Source: Cenarchaeum sp.
Lineage (GTDB): Archaea; Thermoproteota; Nitrososphaeria; Nitrososphaerales; Nitrosopumilaceae
Assembly (NCBI GenBank): GCA_965206845.1
Contig: OZ242221.1
Coordinates: forward strand, 64,001 to 128,000
DNA: 64,000 nt
Direction of reading: 5' to 3'
Part shown: in pieces, positions 43,173-56,912 of the stretch
How positions within the stretch are numbered: the first letter of the stretch is position 1
How the letters are laid out: each line of letters starts with the position of its first letter
Translations under genes and position numbers: made by a program
Notes under the pieces: model-generated
Database searches by the model: none
Told to the model about the DNA's origin: nothing
What the model saw: the letters and a program-made list of their open reading frames with translations, nothing else

Positions 43173-43573
43173 TGGCAGAACCGGTGCACACTGCGGTGCT
43201 GGAATGGTGCGCATGTCATATTCCGAATATTTGTAAAATGTCTCCAATGGCATGCACTCTGGTGCAAAATTAATCCATAAATCAAGTAATAACTCAGGTA
43301 CTCGGCATCAAATTGAAAATTATTTTGGATTGCGCACAGAATCTAATGCAATACACAAACTGTAAGCCGGCCCAAACTATTGCGTGCGGGGGAGTTGGGG
43401 CATATGCGTGTGGAGCCTAAAAATGCTGCATAATCGCGGGAAATCCCTTCTGGTCCACAACATTAATGAATTTTTTAGACGTTTCACACGCATCACATGA
43501 CATGAGATTGACCAAAGACAAGATCGTCCGATCCAAGAACGAGCACCCGTTGGGAGGTGTCCTGTGGATGACG

Positions 43574-46500
43574 TCATCTGGTTTCAGCTACGGCGATCGT
43601 GGCCTCGCCGCTCCAATCCCCGGCGGTGCCGTCGTAGCGGGCGCGCACCTTCACCTTGTAGGTTTCTCCCTCCTCCAAGCCGGTGATCGTATGGGACGTG
43701 TCGGTGGGGAATGCGTTGCCAGACAGGTCAGTCCAGAGCGGGAACGGCTCGCCCACCTTTGCCCAGGATATGCGGTAGTCCACGGGCGCCTCGTTAGGTG
43801 CCTCCCAGCCGACATCTATCGTCCCCGGTTGGGTGCTGCTCAGGATTATGCGACCCATGTCGCGGGCGTCGCGCGGCTCATTGGGCTCGAGCACTACCGG
43901 TTGGGTTTGCGTGTAGCTGGCCGGGACATCCAAGACGGTGACGGTTACAGTATCCGAGTGGACTACTACGCCATCATCAGCGGTCAGCGTGAATGCAATT
44001 GCAGTGTCAGAGTCGACCTGGGGGGCCGTAAAGGAGGCGTCCAGCGCGGAGGCGTCAAGCGTTATGGGCAGGGTCGAGTTGTGCGACCAGGAGTACGTCA
44101 GGGTATCCTCGGTGTCCGAGTCGGCGACCGCGCCGTCCAGGCTCACGGCGGAACCCTCGGCGGCTGTCTGGTCCGGCCCGGCGTTGACCGTCGGGGGGCT
44201 GTTGGGCGAGTCCGTTACGGTCACCTGCAGGGTGTCAGAGACTTCCACGGTCCCGTCATCTACGGTCAGGGTGACGGTGATGGTGGTGTTAGCCGCGACG
44301 TCGGGCGCCGTAAACGACGCGGACAAGGAGTCGGAGCCGGTGATGGTTATCGAGAGGGTGTCGTCGTGGGTCCACGAGTACGCCAGGGTGTCCTCCGGAT
44401 CGTCATCAGAGACGGTGCCCGAGAGGGTCACCGTGGCGCCCTCAGCCACCTCCTGGTCCTGCCCGGCGTTGACCGTCGGGGGGCTGTTGGGCGAGTCCGT
44501 TACGGTCACCTGCAGGGTGTCAGAGACTTCCACGGTCCCGTCATCTACGGTCAGGGTGACGGTGATGGTGGTGTTAGCCGCGACGTCGGGCGCCGTAAAC
44601 GACGCGGACAAGGAGTCGGAGCCGGTGATGGTTATCGAGAGGGTGTCGTCGTGGGTCCACGAGTACGCCAGGGTATCCTCGGTGTCCGAGTCGGTGGCCG
44701 CGCCGTCCAGGCTCACGGCGGAACCCTCGGCGGCTGTCATCCGGCCCGGCAGATGCCGTCGGGGGAGAGTTCGCGCTGTCCGTGATGGTGGGGTTGACAG
44801 GCGTTGCCGTAGTGGCAGCGGCTCCCGTGACGACAATCATGACCTCGCCGCTCCAATCCCCGGCGGTGCCGTCGTAGCGGGCGCGCACCTTCACCTTGTA
44901 GGTTTCTCCCTCCTCCAAGCCGGTGATCGTATGGGACGTGTCGGTGGGGAATGCGTTGCCAGACAGGTCAGTCCAGAGCGGGAACGGCTCGCCCACCTTT
45001 GCCCAGGATATGCGGTAGTCCACGGGCGCCTCGTTAGGTGCCTCCCAGCCGACATCTATCGTCCCCGGTTGGGTGCTGCTCAGGATTATGCGACCCATGT
45101 CGCGGGCGTCGCGCGGCTCATTGGGCTCGAGCACTACCGGTTGGGTTTGCGTGTAGCTGGCCGGGACATCCAAGACGGTGACGGTTACAGTATCCGAGTG
45201 GACTACTACGCCATCATCAGCGGTCAGCGTGAATGCGATTGCAGTGTCAGAGTCGACCTGGGGGGCCGTAAAGGAGGCGTCCAGCGCGGAGGCGTCAAGC
45301 GTTATGGGCAGGGTCGAGTTGTGCGACCAGGAGTACGTCAGGGTATCCTCGGTGTCCGAGTCGGCGACCGCGCCGTCCAGGCTCACGGCGGAACCCTCGG
45401 CGGCTGTCTGGTCCGGCCCGGCGTTGACCGTCGGGGGGCTGTTGGGCGAGTCCGTTACGGTCACCTGCAGGGTGTCAGAGACTTCCACGGTCCCGTCATC
45501 TACGGTCAGGGTGACGGTGATGGTGGTGTTAGCCGCGACGTCGGGCGCCGTAAACGACGCGGACAAGGAGTCGGAGCCGGTGATGGTTATCGAGAGGGTG
45601 TCGTCGTGGGTCCACGAGTACGCCAGGGTGTCCTCCGGATCGTCATCAGAGACGGTGCCCGAGAGGGTCACCGTGGCGCCCTCAGCCACCTCCTGGTCCT
45701 GCCCGGCGTTGACCGTCGGGGGGCTGTTGGGCGAGTCCGGGTCACCTGCAGGGTGTCAGAGACTTCCACGGTCCCGTCATCTACGGTCAGGGTGACGGTG
45801 ATGGTGGTGTTAGCCGCGACGTCGGGCGCCGTAAACGACGCGGACAAGGAGTCGGAGCGGTGATGGTTATCGAGAGGGTGTCGTCGTGGGTCCACGAGTA
45901 CGCCAGGGTATCCTCGGTGTCCGAGTCGGTGGCCGCGCCGTCCAGGCTCACGGCGGAACCCTCGGCGGCTGTCTGATCCGGCCCGGCAGATGCCGTCGGG
46001 GGAGAGTTCGCGCTGTCCGTGATGGTGGGGTTGACAGGCGTTGCCGTAGTGGCAGCGGCTCCCGTGACGACAATCATGACCTCGCCGCTCCAATCCCCGG
46101 CGGTGCCGTCGTAGCGGGCGCGCACCTTCACCTTGTAGGTTTCTCCCTCCTCCAAGCCGGTGATCGTATGGGACGTGTCGGTGGGGAATGCGTTGCCAGA
46201 CAGGTCAGTCCAGAGCGGGAACGGCTCGCCCACCTTTGCCCAGGATATGCGGTAGTCCACGGGCGCCTCGTTAGGTGCCTCCCAGCCGACATCTATCGTC
46301 CCCGGTTGGGTGCTGCTCAGGATTATGCGACCCATGTCGCGGGCGTCGCGCGGCTCATTGGGCTCGAGCACTACCGGTTGGGTTTGCGTGTAGCTGGCCG
46401 GGACATCCAAGACGGTGACGGTTACAGTATCCGAGTGGACTACTACGCCATCATCAGCGGTCAGCGTGAATGCGATTGCAGTGTCAGAGTCGACCTGGGG

Positions 46501-49500
46501 GGCCGTAAAGGAGGCGTCCAGCGCGGAGGCGTCAAGCGTTATGGGCAGGGTCGAGTTGTGCGACCAGGAGTACGTCAGGGTATCCTCGGTGTCCGAGTCG
46601 GCGACCGCGCCGTTCAGGCTCACGGCGGAACCCTCGGCGGCTGTCTGGTCCGGCCCGGCGTTGACCGTCGGGGGGCTGTTGGGCGAGTCCGCTATGGTCA
46701 CCTGCAGGGTGTCAGAGACTTCCACGGTCCCGTCATCTACGGTCAGGGTGACGGTGATGGTGGTGTTAGCCGCGACGTCGGGCGCCGTAAACGACGCGGA
46801 CAAGGAGTCGGAGCCGGTGATGGTTATCGAGAGGGTGTCGTCGTGGGTCCACGAGTACGCCAGGGTGTCCTCCGGATCGTCATCAGAGACGGTGCCCGAG
46901 AGGGTCACCGTGGCGCCCTCAGCCACCTCCTGGTCCTGCCCGGCGTTGACCGTCGGGGGGCTGTTGGGCGAGTCCGTTACGGTCACCTGCAGGGTGTCAG
47001 AGACTTCCACGGTCCCGTCATCTACGGTCAGGGTGACGGTGATGGTGGTGTTAGCCGCGACGTCGGGCGCCGTAAACGACGCGGACAAGGAGTCGGAGCC
47101 GGTGATGGTTATCGAGAGGGTGTCGTCGTGGGTCCACGAGTACGCCAGGGTGTCCTCCGGATCGTCATCAGAGACGGTGCCCGAGAGGGTCACCGTGGCG
47201 CCCTCAGCCACCTCCTGGTCCTGCCCGGCGTTGACCGTCGGGGGGCTGTTGGGCGAGTCCGTTACGGTCACCTGCAGGGTGTCAGAGACTTCCACGGTCC
47301 CGTCATCTACGGTCAGGGTGACGGTGATGGTGGTGTTAGCCGCGACGTCGGGCGCCGTAAACGACGCGGACAAGGAGTCGGAGCCGGTGATGGTTATCGA
47401 GAGGGTGTCGTCGTGGGTCCACGAGTACGCCAGGGTATCCTCGGTGTCCGAGTCGGTGGCCGCGCCGTCCAGGCTCACGGCGGAACCCTCGGCGGCTGTC
47501 TGATCCGGCCCGGCAGATGCCGTCGGGGGAGAGTTCGCGCTGTCCGTGATGGTGGGGTTGACAGGCGTTGCCGTAGTGGCAGCGGCTCCCGTGACGACAA
47601 TCATGACCTCGCCGCTCCAATCCCCGGCGGTGCCGTCGTAGCGGGCGCGCACCTTCACCTTGTAGGTTTCTCCCTCCTCCAAGCCGGTGATCGTATGGGA
47701 CGTGTCGGTGGGGAATGCGTTGCCAGACAGGTCAGTCCAGAGCGGGAACGGCTCGCCCACCTTTGCCCAGGATATGCGGTAGTCCACGGGCGCCTCGTTA
47801 GGTGCCTCCCAGCCGACATCTATCGTCCCCGGTTGGGTGCTGCTCAGGATTATGCGACCCATGTCGCGGGCGTCGCGCGGCTCATTGGGCTCGAGCACTA
47901 CCGGTTGGGTTTGCGTGTAGCTGGCCGGGACATCCAAGACGGTGACGGTTACAGTATCCGAGTGGACTACTACGCCATCATCAGCGGTCAGCGTGAATGC
48001 GATTGCAGTGTCAGAGTCGACCTGGGGGGCCGTAAAGGAGGCGTCCAGCGCGGAGGCGTCAAGCGTTATGGGCAGGGTCGAGTTGTGCGACCAGGAGTAC
48101 GTCAGGGTATCCTCGGTGTCCGAGTCGGCGACCGCGCCGTTCAGGCTCACGGCGGAACCCTCGGCGGCTGTCTGGTCCGGCCCGGCGTTGACCGTCGGGG
48201 GGCTGTTGGGCGAGTCCGCTATGGTCACCTGCAGGGTGTCAGAGACTTCCACGGTCCCGTCATCTACGGTCAGGGTGACGGTGATGGTGGTGTTAGCCGC
48301 GACGTCGGGCGCCGTAAACGACGCGGACAAGGAGTCGGAGCCGGTGATGGTTATCGAGAGGGTGTCGTCGTGGGTCCACGAGTACGCCAGGGTGTCCTCC
48401 GGATCGTCATCAGAGACGGTGCCCGAGAGGGTCACCGTGGCGCCCTCAGCCACCTCCTGGTCCTGCCCGGCGTTGACCGTCGGGGGGCTGTTGGGCGAGT
48501 CCGTTACGGTCACCTGCAGGGTGTCAGAGACTTCCACGGTCCCGTCATCTACGGTCAGGGTGACGGTGATGGTGGTGTTAGCCGCGACGTCGGGCGCCGT
48601 AAACGACGCGGACAAGGAGTCGGAGCCGGTGATGGTTATCGAGAGGGTGTCGTCGTGGGTCCACGAGTACGCCAGGGTGTCCTCCGGATCGTCATCAGAG
48701 ACGGTGCCCGAGAGGGTCACCGTGGCGCCCTCAGCCACCTCCTGGTCCTGCCCGGCGTTGACCGTCGGGGGGCTGTTGGGCGAGTCCGTTACGGTCACCT
48801 GCAGGGTGTCAGAGACTTCCACGGTCCCGTCATCTACGGTCAGGGTGACGGTGATGGTGGTGTTAGCCGCGACGTCGGGCGCCGTAAACGACGCGGACAA
48901 GGAGTCGGAGCCGGTGATGGTTATCGAGAGGGTGTCGTCGTGGGTCCACGAGTACGCCAGGGTATCCTCGGTGTCCGAGTCGGTGGCCGCGCCGTCCAGG
49001 CTCACGGCGGAACCCTCGGCGGCTGTCTGATCCGGCCCGGCAGATGCCGTCGGGGGAGAGTTCGCGCTGTCCGTGATGGTGGGGTTGACAGGCGTTGCCG
49101 TAGTGGCAGCGGCTCCCGTGACGACAATCATGACCTCGCCGCTCCAATCCCCGGCGGTGCCGTCGTAGCGGGCGCGCACCTTCACCTTGTAGGTTTCTCC
49201 CTCCTCCAAGCCGGTGATCGTATGGGACGTGTCGGTGGGGAATGCGTTGCCAGACAGGTCAGTCCAGAGCGGGAACGGCTCGCCCACCTTTGCCCAGGAT
49301 ATGCGGTAGTCCACGGGCGCCTCGTTAGGTGCCTCCCAGCCGACATCTATCGTCCCCGGTTGGGTGCTGCTCAGGATTATGCGACCCATGTCGCGGGCGT
49401 CGCGCGGCTCATTGGGCTCGAGCACTACCGGTTGGGTTTGCGTGTAGCTGGCCGGGACATCCAAGACGGTGACGGTTACAGTATCCGAGTGGACTACTAC

Positions 49501-52500
49501 GCCATCATCAGCGGTCAGCGTGAATGCGATTGCAGTGTCAGAGTCGACCTGGGGGGCCGTAAAGGAGGCGTCCAGCGCGGAGGCGTCAAGCGTTATGGGC
49601 AGGGTCGAGTTGTGCGACCAGGAGTACGTCAGGGTATCCTCGGTGTCCGAGTCGGCGACCGCGCCGTTCAGGCTCACGGCGGAACCCTCGGCGGCTGTCT
49701 GGTCCGGCCCGGCGTTGACCGTCGGGGGGCTGTTGGGCGAGTCCGCTATGGTCACCTGCAGGGTGTCAGAGACTTCCACGGTCCCGTCATCTACGGTCAG
49801 GGTGACGGTGATGGTGGTGTTAGCCGCGACGTCGGGCGCCGTAAACGACGCGGACAAGGAGTCGGAGCCGGTGATGGTTATCGAGAGGGTGTCGTCGTGG
49901 GTCCACGAGTACGCCAGGGTGTCCTCCGGATCGTCATCAGAGACGGTGCCCGAGAGGGTCACCGTGGCGCCCTCAGCCACCTCCTGGTCCTGCCCGGCGT
50001 TGACCGTCGGGGGGCTGTTGGGCGAGTCCGTTACGGTCACCTGCAGGGTGTCAGAGACTTCCACGGTCCCGTCATCTACGGTCAGGGTGACGGTGATGGT
50101 GGTGTTAGCCGCGACGTCGGGCGCCGTAAACGACGCGGACAAGGAGTCGGAGCCGGTGATGGTTATCGAGAGGGTGTCGTCGTGGGTCCACGAGTACGCC
50201 AGGGTGTCCTCCGGATCGTCATCAGAGACGGTGCCCGAGAGGGTCACCGTGGCGCCCTCAGCCACCTCCTGGTCCTGCCCGGCGTTGACCGTCGGGGGGC
50301 TGTTGGGCGAGTCCGTTACGGTCACCTGCAGGGTGTCAGAGACTTCCACGGTCCCGTCATCTACGGTCAGGGTGACGGTGATGGTGGTGTTAGCCGCGAC
50401 GTCGGGCGCCGTAAACGACGCGGACAAGGAGTCGGAGCCGGTGATGGTTATCGAGAGGGTGTCGTCGTGGGTCCACGAGTACGCCAGGGTGTCCTCCGGA
50501 TCGTCATCAGAGACGGTGCCCGAGAGGGTCACCGTGGCGCCCTCAGCCACCTCCTGGTCCTGCCCGGCGTTGACCGTCGGGGGGCTGTTGGGCGAGTCCG
50601 TTACGGTCACCTGCAGGGTGTCAGAGACTTCCACGGTCCCGTCATCTACGGTCAGGGTGACGGTGATGGTGGTGTTGGCCGCGACGTCGGGCGCCGTAAA
50701 CGACGCGGACAAGGAGTCGGAGCCGGTGATGGTTATCGCGAGGGCGCCGTCGTGGGTCCACGAGTACGTCAGGGTGTCCCCCGGATCATCGTCAGTTACG
50801 GTGCCCGAGAGGCTCACCGCGGCGCCCTCGACCACCTCCTGGTCGTCGCCTGCCCCCACCGCGGGCGGGCTGTTGGTATGGTGGATTGTGTCATTGCCCA
50901 CGGTTATCTCCACCGTCTTGGAGTTGCCTTCGCCGAAGGAACCGGTCGACTTGATGGTCACGTTGTATTGTCCCGGCACCACGGTCTGGTCGGCCCTTAC
51001 GGCCAGGTGGCTTGCGTTCACTATCCAGAACTTGTCGCCGTTGGGAGCGGTTCCGTCTACCGCGTATGTCGGGTTCTGGCCGTCCAGGTAGGCGTTCTGC
51101 GCCGATATCGCCAGAGTCTCGTCGGGGCCTGACATGACGGTGTCGTCCAGCACGATGTACCAGTCGCCCAAGTTCCGGGCGAAGCTGTTGGCGCCATCGA
51201 GCATGTTAGACATGTCGGTTATTCCCGAGACGTTCCAAGACGATATGTCGCCGTTGAAGGCTCGGGCAATGGCAAACATGCTGCTCATGTCAGTCACCGA
51301 GGAGACATTCCAGTTGGAGAGGTTGCCGTTGAAACGTAGAGCAAACATGAACATCTCGGAGGTGTCCGTTACGGCTGACAGGTCCGGGGCGTCTGTCGCG
51401 CGATATACCATATTTGACGCGCCATTAAACGCGCCCCTCATCGACTCCCAGCGGATGTCCCCCCACTGCTCTATCGATTGCAGTTTTAGCGAGCTCTCAT
51501 AGTGATAGGGAAGGTAGATTTGGGAAAAGTCGCCATATATGCTGACCGTGTAGGTTCCGGCGGCCTTGTACGTGTGCATCTGGTGCCCAGAGACGTCAGC
51601 GTCGATGCTGGCGTCACCCCAGATGACCGTGTACGTACCCGTAGATCCTCCTACCGGGATCAATATGAACTCGTTGGCACTGGTCGTCTGCCAGGTGGTG
51701 ACAAAGGCGGCGCCCGGCGTGGTGCCGGCAGGGATGCTCGTGACGGTGAGAGCCAGCGGGTCTGATGCGGTGTTGCTGTTGCCTATCGGGTCAAGCACGC
51801 CGCCCTCCGGGATGGAGACAGTCAGGTTGCCGGCTACCAGGCCGGATACCTCGAAGGTGAACGTTCCGGCCGTAATATTGGCAGGAAGCGGGCCTGACAC
51901 CGTCCCGCCCGACGCAGATACGTCCGAGGCGGTAAACGTGGTAGCATCCACCTGCCCGCCAAAGTCCGCCGTGAAGGTGATTCTGGATGCGTTGACCGGG
52001 GAGAATGCCTCCGTGGAGAGGGTTGGGGCGGGGCGGGTGCGCTCGATCTCCACGACGTACGGATCCGATGCGGTGTTGTTGTTGCCTGCCATGTCAAGCA
52101 CGCCGCCCTCCGGGATGGAGACAGTCAGGTTCCCTGTGGCCATGCCGGATACCTTGAAGGTGAACGTTCCGGCCGTAATGTTGGCAGGAAGCGGGCCTGA
52201 CACCGTCCCGTCCGACGCAGATACGTCCGAGGCGGTAAACGTGGTGGCATCCACCTGCTCGCCAAAGTCCGCCGTGAAGGTGATGTCTGGTGTGTTGACC
52301 GGGGAGGATGCCTCCGTGGAGAGGGTGGGGGTGGGGCGGGTGCGCTCGATCTCCACGACGTACGGATCCGATGCGGTGTTGTTGTTGCCTGCCATGTCAA
52401 GCACGCCGCCCTCCGTGATGGAGACAGTCAGGTTCCCTGTTGCCAGGCCGGATACCTCGAAGGTGAACGTTCCGGCCGTAATGTTGGCAGGAAGCGGGCC

Positions 52501-54540
52501 TGACACCGTCCCGCCCGACGCAGATACGTCCGAGGCGGTAAACGTGGTGGCATCCACCTGCTCGCCAAAGTCCGCCGTGAAGGTGATGGTGTGGGCGTTG
52601 GTGGGGGACGGTTCGGCGGTGGAGATCGCCGGCACGGGCCTGTCGATGTCGACTGCGTCAAGCGGGAGGGTGCTTGCGATGGCATAGTCCTGCTGGGAGC
52701 GGCGCGGCGTGTCGATGCCGGATCCCGTCACCGCCACGGTGCACGTCCCAGCCTCGGGGGGCGTGAACACCGCAAACTCGTTGGCCTGGTAGGCCGATTG
52801 CGCCGATATTGTATCCATACCGGGACAGTTCACGGTAAATCCTAGGTCTGCAAAGTAGTTCTTCCCCCTGGGATCGTAATAGCCATCATAAAACATGTCG
52901 ACAGTCCATGACAGTATTATCTTGACGGGGTTTTCGGTATCGGTTACCTCAAAGGTGTACCCGTCGACGTTGGCGTCGGACTCGAGGCTGCCCTCGACGA
53001 GGTGGCGGCCAGATGCCTGGGAGACGTAGTCCAGGGTCTTTGCCGCGTCGAGAATCCCGAAACCGACGTTGTTTACTACCTCGAGCGAGTCGCCGCCTTC
53101 GGTAAAGCTGCCCGGCTGCCGTCCGTGGGAGCAGTTGTCGGTGGCGTTGTACTGCTCGTACTGCACGGACGTGCACGGCACCGGTCCGGTCCAGTTGGCC
53201 CCAAGAAGGATGGCGGTCTTGACGGCAGCAGGCTCCATGTCCCTCTCCTGTAGCACCAGCGCCGCTACCGCGCTGACTGCCGGGGTTGAAAAGCTCGTCC
53301 CGCTGATGAGGGTGGTGGCGCCGTTTGCCGTGTACTGTGGCACCTGCAGGACGGCGGGTGCCACGATCTCCGGCTTGAGTATCGGGTGGGTAACGCCGTC
53401 CACGCGGTGGGTTGCAGGGCCCCTGCCCGAGCCGCTGTACATCTGGATGTTGTCTAGGTCGCGATCGTTTATCCCCCCCACCGTGATGACGTTGTGCGCG
53501 CACCCCCACTGGTTTACAGACTGGTATACCGGCACCTGGTTCTGCCCGCTGCCGATGTCACCCTGGTTTCCTGACGATACGACGACGACCATCCCATTGT
53601 CGACGGCCCCGCCCGTGATCAGTTGGCGCGTCGCGCCAATGTCACTCTCGCGGCACTTTCCGAAACCGAAGCTCAGGTTCGCCACGTCCGCATCCTCGCG
53701 GAGAAGCCACGAAAAGGCATGTGATATACTGGCGTCCCCCGCGCCCAAATAGAAGAGCGAAAGCCCGGCATCCATGATGCTGACGCCAGGGGCTATTCCG
53801 TTGTGTTCCGGGAATCCCGATCCTGCAATGACCAGCGCAACTAGCGTTCCGTGGGATACCCCCTGGTTCCCCGGATCGGGTCCGACCACATCCTCGACTG
53901 GGACATAAGAGCAACTCAGATCATCGCACGAGATGCGGCCGATGACCTTGTCGTTTACCCCTAGTGGGTGGTTCACGCCTTCATCGACTATGCCGACGGT
54001 CACGCCGGAACCGTTTGCGACCGTTCCGATTGGCCTGCGCAGATCGTCGGCGGTCGCGCCTACCGTCACGCGCATCTTGCCGATCGTCGGATGTGACAGT
54101 GCCCAGTCATAATCCACGCTGTACACCAAGTCGTGCCCGGACACGTCCGGGATGCGTTCTGCAGGAACAGACGCGGTGACAAAGGAGAGCGTCTCTGCTG
54201 CCTCGATGTCGCGCGCGCCAATCCCCCTCAGCATCTCGGCTACGATCTCCTTGTTCTCGTCTGAGATGTCCCCACCGTTCTCGTCATATTTGGCGACGAC
54301 TATCATCATGTCGCGGTAGGCGGGATCGCTGTGCGGGTATCCGATCTGCCCGTATTCGATCAGGCCATACGCCCCTGCAAAGCCGCCGTTCAGCTTTCCG
54401 TGGTCGCCGGCACTCCCCTGTGGGTGGCCAGTCACGGCACCGTGGCCTGGAAGCGTGTCAGTTGCCAGCGGCGACAGTATGGCGAGCGCTACCACAGATG
54501 CCAATGCAGCCACGACGGCGTATGTGCTCCGGCCCATCAA
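43574..54540 (-). CDS. Giant secreted S8 (subtilisin-like) protease with Ig-like, DUF285, PKD-like and FN3 domains; frameshifts in the distal repeats
   Basis: Signal peptide; triad VGIVDEG / SHGT / SGTSFSTP, oxyanion SSGN; 2917-aa ORF continued by 44574-45689 and 43574-44836. Confidence 0.9.
43600..50880 (-). repeat. Hierarchical repeat: 1527-bp super-unit (PKD-like domains + FN3) containing 285-bp PKD-like units
   Basis: Identical features at 46093/47620/49147 (spacing 1527) and 46696/46981 (spacing 285). Confidence 0.93.
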
Positions 54541-55869
54541 CGATCATCCACTTGATGTGTGGGTGCGTGACCGGATGCCGACTGGCCGCGCGGGAATCTC
54601 TTAGGCATCGTGAACTGATCGGGCTCCCGCGTCATAGGTATGGTTCCTGCCTGCATGCTGCGTTAAAAAGACGTCTGAGCGTGCCTTGCATTTCTGACGC
54701 TAAAAACGCCGGCCGAACGTACAAAAAACAACTATATCCCAAAGATATGGGCAGGCGAATCAAGTCGCCGAGGAAACGACTGTCGTTCATACATGCGCGT
54801 AGGGCACGGCTGTGAAAAACAAAATCATGATGAGGGCTAAGAATTATTTTCTCCATTTATGATAACAAATATCTATGTTTATAAGCATTCATGCGTTCAC
54901 AATCTTGCCTTTTAGAGATTATGCGTAGTCGGTTCTGGTAAATCTACGTGACCTGAATCAAGGTGGAAAGCACGTAACCTGTGGTGGTGGGACTAGTAGA
55001 TTACCAGTATGGCCGTCTGAACGCCTGTGATGTGGGCGCCACAGATATGGTGGATGTGGTAGCTGAGAGCATGATCTGCAAGGGACTCATCTACCGCGAC
55101 CTAGTAGTTCCGTGGAACTCTTGGAAGGCATCGAGGCATGACTAGCCACTGTGAGCAGGCTCCGGGCGGGCTTGGCACGGCATGGACGTATCTGGAAAGC
55201 GTCGAGGCATGGTAGATGGCATGGTTTTTTGGTCACAACTAGCCTACATGGGGCAACATGGCAGCCATGTCGTGGCAGCCGGCTCCAGGTGCGGTTACCG
55301 TCCAGTTGAATGGACTGTCGCACCGAACCGTGCCGGGACAAGTTTTGGTCGACCCTCGGACCAGCCATGGGTGGCGATATGGCATCCGCTACCGCTAAAA
55401 CTTCACGTAGGGTCTTACCAGACCCGTTAAACAGTGTACAAAATGCCGCATTCACGCCGGAATGCCCACATCATGTCAGCGTCACGGACGCTGGACATCT
55501 CTACTCGACCCGACACACATGGCATCTGGCAAGCATATCAGGTTCTAGGCACGGATCTGGCCATATACGACAGCTTGCAGGGCCCTGAACCCGTGTGATA
55601 ATGATATCACAAGCGATCAGAATCTCCCTAAAGTGGCGTTTTTTCTCCACTTGCTAGGATTAAATCGCCGGTGCACGTCGCCGTCCGGGCTACGCTGCCC
55701 GATCCGTACCAAGACACTGGACCGGCCCGTGCATCCCCGAGTGTCTCGTGCAGGTTTGGGCGCAAATGATGACGGATGCGATCGAGCGCGGGGATTTGAC
55801 CCATCCCAGACTGATTTCTTGCCCGCACCCGGCACCAACCTCTAAATTGATCGTGGCTTGACTGCGGGC

Positions 55870-56562
55870 ATGATGTTGCACGGACCGTCGGTAGCCATAG
55901 GCGCCGCAGTCTCTGCTGCGCTAGTGGCATCGGCCTTTCTTGCTCTCGGTGCCCTGGATCTGCAGAAGACGGATCTTGTGCGGGAGGATGCCCCGGAGCC
56001 CGGGCCGGATGTGGCGTTCCTGCTGGAGAGTGACTCAGTCATACTTGGTGATCCCGACGCCGGTGTGACCTTGGTGGAGTTTGGCGACTACCAGTGCATT
56101 GCCTGCAGCAGGTTCTTCCACCAGACAGAAGATGCCCTGCTGCAGAGCTACGTGGAGACAGGCAAGGTCAAGATGTTCTTCATGGATTTTACCATCATAG
56201 GCCAGGACTCGGCCAATGCAGCTCACGGAAGCCACTGCGCCGCAGATCAGGGCAAATTCTGGGAGTATCACGATATACTGTACAATAACTGGGCGGGCGA
56301 GAACACCGGCTGGGCGTCACCGGACAACCTGTATCGGTTTGCAGGCGAGATAGACCTGGATCTCGCGGAGTGGGGCGCCTGCATGAATGACGCCAGGCAT
56401 CTGGACATGATACAGGCCAGCAACGAGTACGCCAGGGCGGCAGGACTGCCCGGGACACCGTCTTTCTTTGTCATAGGCCCTCAGGGGCATGTGACCTCCA
56501 TCGTGGGGCCACAGCCCTATGAAGTCTTTGCAAGGGTGTTTGACGCAGAGCTGGCAAGATAG
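55870..56562 (+). CDS. Membrane-anchored DsbA/thioredoxin-fold oxidoreductase
   Basis: LVEFGDYQCIAC, QGKFWEYHD, GTPSFF. Confidence 0.92.
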   Translation: MMLHGPSVAIGAAVSAALVASAFLALGALDLQKTDLVREDAPEPGPDVAFLLESDSVILGDPDAGVTLVEFGDYQCIACSRFFHQTEDALLQSYVETGKVKMFFMDFTIIGQDSANAAHGSHCAADQGKFWEYHDILYNNWAGENTGWASPDNLYRFAGEIDLDLAEWGACMNDARHLDMIQASNEYARAAGLPGTPSFFVIGPQGHVTSIVGPQPYEVFARVFDAELAR

Positions 56563-56912
56563 CGCTGGGGCCAAGCGACATACCTCCGGCACCCTTGCTT
56601 GACCTGCGGGCACAGGCACGGCGCATGGGTCCTCCTGCATTAAGGTAGGAACATCACTTCCCTGGGGCCACCCGGGCGCCGCATTCTGCACACCGTGTGT
56701 CCATTGCATGCGTGATCAGGAGTTCCTTCCGGCGGCTCTGCCGTCCCAGCTCACGGCATGGCTGCAAGATGTCCCCCAAGCCCAATGATCCCATGGGAAA
56801 GCTCTAGAGATAAATAACCAACAACGGGCTTAACTGCTATGTCGGCAGAATCACCGCTCATTTCCCGTGTGGGGGGCACACCTAGGCCGATCCGTTCATG
56901 TGTGTGAAGAGT

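Noticed and set aside
43466-52687. Plus-strand ORFs up to 1748 aa opposite the protease gene
   Set aside because: Antisense shadows of the PKD/FN3 repeats
55786-55810. GCGGGATTTGACCC, a tRNA-like word
   Set aside because: No acceptor, D or anticodon arms found
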